This document shows positions 61,484 to 64,000 of a DNA stretch of 64,000 nt, piece by piece; positions within the stretch are counted from its first letter, which is position 1; every line of letters starts with the position of its first letter. Source of the DNA: Bilabrum cf. latius. Its lineage: Eukaryota. The notes beneath the pieces were generated by a model. That model had not been told where the DNA came from, did no database searches, and was given only the letters and a program-made list of their open reading frames with translations. The position numbers and the translations under genes were made by a program. The stretch is from NCBI GenBank assembly GCA_965178125.1, contig OZ237737.1:1116001-1180000 (forward strand), given 5' to 3'.

Positions 61484-64000
61484 TTAAGTGGCCTTGCTCT
61501 CGGCCTCAGCAGCTGCGGCGTCATCTTGCAGCTCGCGCAGCTGAGACAGGCTCAGGCCTTGCTTCGATGACATGCGGCGAGGACCCATGCCGCCGCTGCC
61601 GAGCAGTTGTGCACGGTCCGAGCCGCCCGAAGGAGACCCGGAGGCTGCCGCTGCTGCTGCCATCGGGTTCTGCGTCGAGCTGTCCTCCGTGGCTCCCCCC
61701 TCGGGTGCCTTGGATCTACGAGGCGCCCTGCGGCCCTTGGCGGACTTGGCACCGGAACCAGACGACTTGTCTCCCAGGTTGCGCTGACTGGGGCGGTTTC
61801 CAAGCGTGGGTGTGAACTGAGCTTTCTTGCCACCACGACCACCAAGGCGCTTTCTGCCTGCAGTAGATCGCCCGAAAGTGTTACTAGAACCCCCAGATGC
61901 ACCTCCTTGCGCTCCGCCGCGCACCATGCCGCCCATCATCAACGACTGACGCCTGGAGCCCTTCATATCAGCGGCTCGAGCCTTCCGCTTGTACATTTCG
62001 TTGGCCTCCTGCTGCCTCCTCAGCAGGTCCTGCACCACGGGCCAGCTCAGTGCCTCGGGCCACCCGTGCTCGCCCGTCTAGGCCATCAGCACTTGGTCGA
62101 TCTCCACATCCTCGGCGTGGAACTCGGTCTCGCCACCCGACTGCGCCAGCTGCTTGGCCTTCCTCTGGGCCTTCAAGAACATCGGGTTCGTCTGCGCCGC
62201 GGCACCCACCTCCAGATCATCTGGCGCATCCTTACCGCCGGACTTGCCACGGTCACCCGTGAAGCGCATCGACTTCTCGCGCTTGGCCTTCTCCTCAGCC
62301 GACTCGCAGCTGAACGTGTTGCGGGCCACGTCCGGACACAGCGCATTGCTGAACTCGTAGAACAGCACGATGGCCAGGTACACCAGACTCGTGATCACGA
62401 TGACCATCGTCAGGATCGCAGCGGAGTCGCGCTGGGCCTCGAAGCCCGGACGCTGCAGGTACTCCGACTCGAAGATGATGCCGGCCAGGCACACCAGGAT
62501 GCAGCTGAACAGCAGCACAGCCTCCACCGTGTTGGCGTCGAAAGCCACCTCGCTCGCAAGCGTGCCCAGCGGCTTGCCCTCCTGCGCCCGCCTCCACAGG
62601 TTGCGGTGCATCTCCAGCCGCTTCTGGTCTCGCAGTACCTTGGAGATGTTGTTGGCCAGCAAGCTGTGCAGCGCGTCGTGCTGCTGCTCCACCATCACGC
62701 GATGCTGCTTCACCACGTTGTCCTTCGTGGCTTGACCCGCCATGTACGGCAAGTACCTCACATGCAAAGCGTAGCAGCAGATCAGCACCAGCAGAAGCAC
62801 CGCCAGCTGGAACACAACGTTGCGCCGGAACAGCAGCGCGGTCACGGCGATGCAGAACTTTCGCGCGATGATCACCAGGTTCCAGTAGATGAAGTTGATC
62901 TGGAAGTAGTAGTACAGCCGACCCACGCTCCTGCGCAGCAAGTTCGTGTTGGGCCCGGTCAGTGTGTCATCGCCCAGACCGTATGCCCGCAACAGCTGGT
63001 CCTCCTGCATCACGCGGTAGTTGCGCCACAGCAGGATAGACACGAACAGAGGGAAGCCCACCGTGTACACCACAAAGCCAATGATGGCGAACGGCAGCAG
63101 CTGCAAGTGCAGCCCACCGCGCTCGTAGCAAGGCTCAAACACGTCGTCCATATACAGCTTCTCGCTGCCGTCGGGGTTCAGCTCGGCGGGGTCCGTGGGG
63201 TTGCAGTTGAAGATCGAAAACACGCTCTGAGTCAGCATCAGGTACAGCACGAAGCAGCCCGTCGTGAACACAGACACAAGCTTGTCCATGTGCGTGCAGC
63301 AGCTCTCCTGCAGCTTGCGGCCCATGAGTAGCAGCTTGTTCAGAGACAGCATCACGTGCACCACCATCAGAATGGCCAGTGCCGCCACGGGTAGCAGCAT
63401 CAGCGCCGCCCACTTCAGACCGAAGCTCAGGCTCGGTACCATGCACTCGGGGGCCGTGATCTCCAGGTTGAGGTTGAACGCTGACAGGATCGTGAACAGG
63501 TCGCGCAGCAGGTTAGGGAAAGCAATGCGAGACGTGCTGAAGATGGCCAGCACCTGCATATAGTCCACGGCGATCATCAGAGTGGACAGCGTCAGGTTGC
63601 GCTTGTTCAGGTAGTACCCCAGCGAGCATGCCAGGATTGCACCCACCACGAACACCGCCACGATGATCTCGGGGTTCTGGGGGCACTTGGCGCACCGACC
63701 GGCCAGCTTGTAGTGGTTGGGGGCGCACTGCGAGCACCGCTCTCCGGCGTAGTTGCTGGCGCACATGTTGTTCCCCACGCACGCGTCCTGCGGCTCGCAA
63801 GCCAGCACCACATGGCACACATAGTCAGGCCCAAACCGTGCCCGCTCATCGGGGCAGTAGATGTTGCCCCGCTCCGAGTTCGCGGGATCCAGGTACAGCC
63901 ACCACCCAGCCGTGGCCACGGGCAGGTAGTCGTGGTCCTCGAAGCATGCGCCACCCTCGGGACACGGCACGCACAGCTCGCCGGCACGGCCGTAGAAGCC
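61484..64000 (-). CDS. 3' end of an inverted paralog of the giant cadherin/TM gene; continues beyond the window
   Basis: Near-identical to ~37541-40050; shared TAG at 62078; ends TAA at 61484. Confidence 0.9.

Overview
Eukaryotic (probably stramenopile-like protist) genomic DNA with two sharply different parts. (1) 1-26530 is AT-rich, gene-dense, intronless endogenous viral DNA of the virophage/Polinton-like class. It appears to be two nested elements. The right end of element A (1-~4790) interrupts the major capsid gene of element B (~4791-26530). Element B in turn sits inside a coding exon of a GC-rich host gene. Both visible right ends finish in a long perfect palindrome preceded by a shared subterminal motif. 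Element B encodes an MCP (C-terminal half), packaging ATPase, rve integrase, PolA-like primase/SF3 helicase, tyrosine recombinase, lipase, SET protein, two cytosine-MTase-like genes and tRNA-like sequences. Each element carries a 2OG-Fe(II) (TET/JBP-like) dioxygenase fused to an FkbM-type methyltransferase. (2) 26531-64000 is GC-rich host DNA. It holds a ~4,400-codon cadherin/IPT/multi-TM surface-protein gene, an ABC-I ATPase, four tandem ~4.3-4.6 kb units (hypervariable C2H2 zinc-finger array plus decayed ATR kinase fragment), and an inverted paralog of the giant gene. Host and viral genes both read through in-frame TAG as Gln and end only at TAA/TGA, so the supplied ORF track fragments most genes. 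All calls are from manual reading and translation; no searches were run.
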